Below, piece by piece: positions 61,896 through 63,322 of a stretch of DNA of 63,322 nucleotides. The position numbers and the translations under genes are program-made. This DNA is from Selaginella moellendorffii (lineage: Eukaryota; Plantae; Lycopodiophyta). Location of the stretch: assembly GCF_000143415.4 (NCBI RefSeq), contig NW_003314462.1, positions 1-63,322 of the forward strand, given 5' to 3'. The notes beneath the pieces are model-generated. The model was not told the origin of the DNA. It was given only the letters and a program-made list of their open reading frames with translations, and did not search any database. Numbering within the stretch: the first letter of the stretch is position 1; every line of letters starts with the position of its first letter.

Positions 61896-63322
61896 GCCAT
61901 TAAAATTAAATAGCCAAGTTAAAATACAAGTAATTGCATCAAATAACCATTTGTATATAAATGTTTAACAAAATAATTGTGCTGTACTTGGAAACCATCA
62001 CCTTCTCTATTTTTTAAAAACTTAATTTACCATTTTGAACTAACTGGATATTTTAATCATGCTTAGGTAACAGCTCTCAAGTAACTTATTTAAAGCTGCT
62101 GGCAGATTAAATAAGGTTATGAGCAAAAAGACTAATAGAAAATATAGAAGAGGTATCTTTTTGAGATATTATTAACAAATGGATTTGAAATTTGTATATA
62201 TATGAGCTAACTTATACCTATTAGATACCATGAACCATTCTCTATTGCTGTGAAGTTCAACTAAAATGTGATAGCAATTAGGATAAATATACTCAGGGGT
62301 TCAATAATAATGCAAATCTCAGGTAGTGAATTTGAATATTAAAATATAAGAATTTAATATTAATCTTGTAGAAGGTTATTAGTTAAAAACAGATAATGGA
62401 TTTGGTATTTGATGCAAGAAAGAAAATATAAAGATATTGCTACTCTTTGAAACCCATATTAGTATTAATATTTGAAGAAATATTTCGTGATATATATATG
62501 AGAAACAAGAAATTCATGAGGATAACTCAAAATATTATCATTTTTCCAAGTAAGATTAATTTTTCAAATCATTTTTTGTCTTCAAGATTAGTGTTTACAA
62601 GATCCATCTTAAAATAAATATAACTCCCAGCTGAAAAAATGTGTATTATATGTCTTTTTTATAATTTCCTTACTGAAATAGTTTTATATATAGATTATAT
62701 GTTGATAATTATATTATATTTTATTTATAAAATATATTAAATATTATGATTTTATTTATGAATATTGTAATACGTTATATCTAATTTCTTATTTTTATTT
62801 TTGTTTATGTTTTCAAAAATCTATTTATTCATGAAATGAATGATAAAATTTGTTTAATATGATCTATAAAGGTTCTCTTATGTGAGATTTTCTTGAAATA
62901 GGTTTTTATATCTCTAGGTGAATGGTAAAACTAAAGGTTTGATATTTTACTGTATCTTTCCTCATCTTCTATGATTTGTCATTGCACAATATTATTTCTG
63001 CATTGGCACAAGGAGCCTTGAAGATTATTTATCTATTATATAAGAGTAAAACCTTTGAATACACAAGGAAAAATGTAAAAAAAAACCACCAACAGCTTAC
63101 TTTAGATCCTTTATAGAGACAAAACTAAAATAAAACTTTTGGAACAAGTAATAGCCAGTAAAGGACAGTTTTTCTTTGATGTATATAAAATGGATGAAGA
63201 ATTTGGTGGTTCTCACTCACCATATAACTATAGTTCTAATTTTTTTTTAAGTATTGCATAATCCAAAGGTTTTAAGAGAAATTACATTATCTTACTAGCT
63301 CTTGTGTTGCAAGGAAGTATTA

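Noticed and set aside
61900-63322. AT-rich tail of the window
   Set aside because: No ORF, repeat or RNA motif that I can support.

Overview
This window is the left end of a plant chromosome. About 1.2 kb of (CCCTAAA)n telomere is followed by a ~39 kb head-to-tail array of one family of endonuclease-less Penelope-like retroelements (PLEs), with 5' ends pointing to the telomere and short telomeric tracts between many copies. The full ~7.35 kb unit has a 1.6 kb 5' UTR, a 939-aa ORF1 (Pro-rich, predicted coiled-coil, basic, RS-rich tail) and a PLE reverse transcriptase without GIY-YIG. Its 3' pseudo-LTR holds a TATA-like box, a minimal type I hammerhead ribozyme and degenerate CCCTAAA repeats that could anneal to the telomeric G-overhang. 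The RT has no AUG near its start. Its frame opens 3 nt before a G_GGA_AAC slippery site followed by a 13-bp hairpin, which predicts a -1 ribosomal frameshift giving an ORF1-RT fusion of ~1550 aa. Several healing junctions carry a recurrent AAACCGG(T) signature. Two inverted blocks (4459-5908 and 40450-44388) look like captured ends of other chromosomes. Beyond 44.4 kb is ordinary decayed subtelomere: tandem-repeat blocks, a Sola-like transposase pseudogene, a probable degenerate LINE, a truncated Ty3/Gypsy element, and laccase and Serinc-like gene fragments. The host is plausibly a Selaginella-like lycophyte (inference from known telomeric EN-minus PLEs in that genus and from ~50-nt introns).
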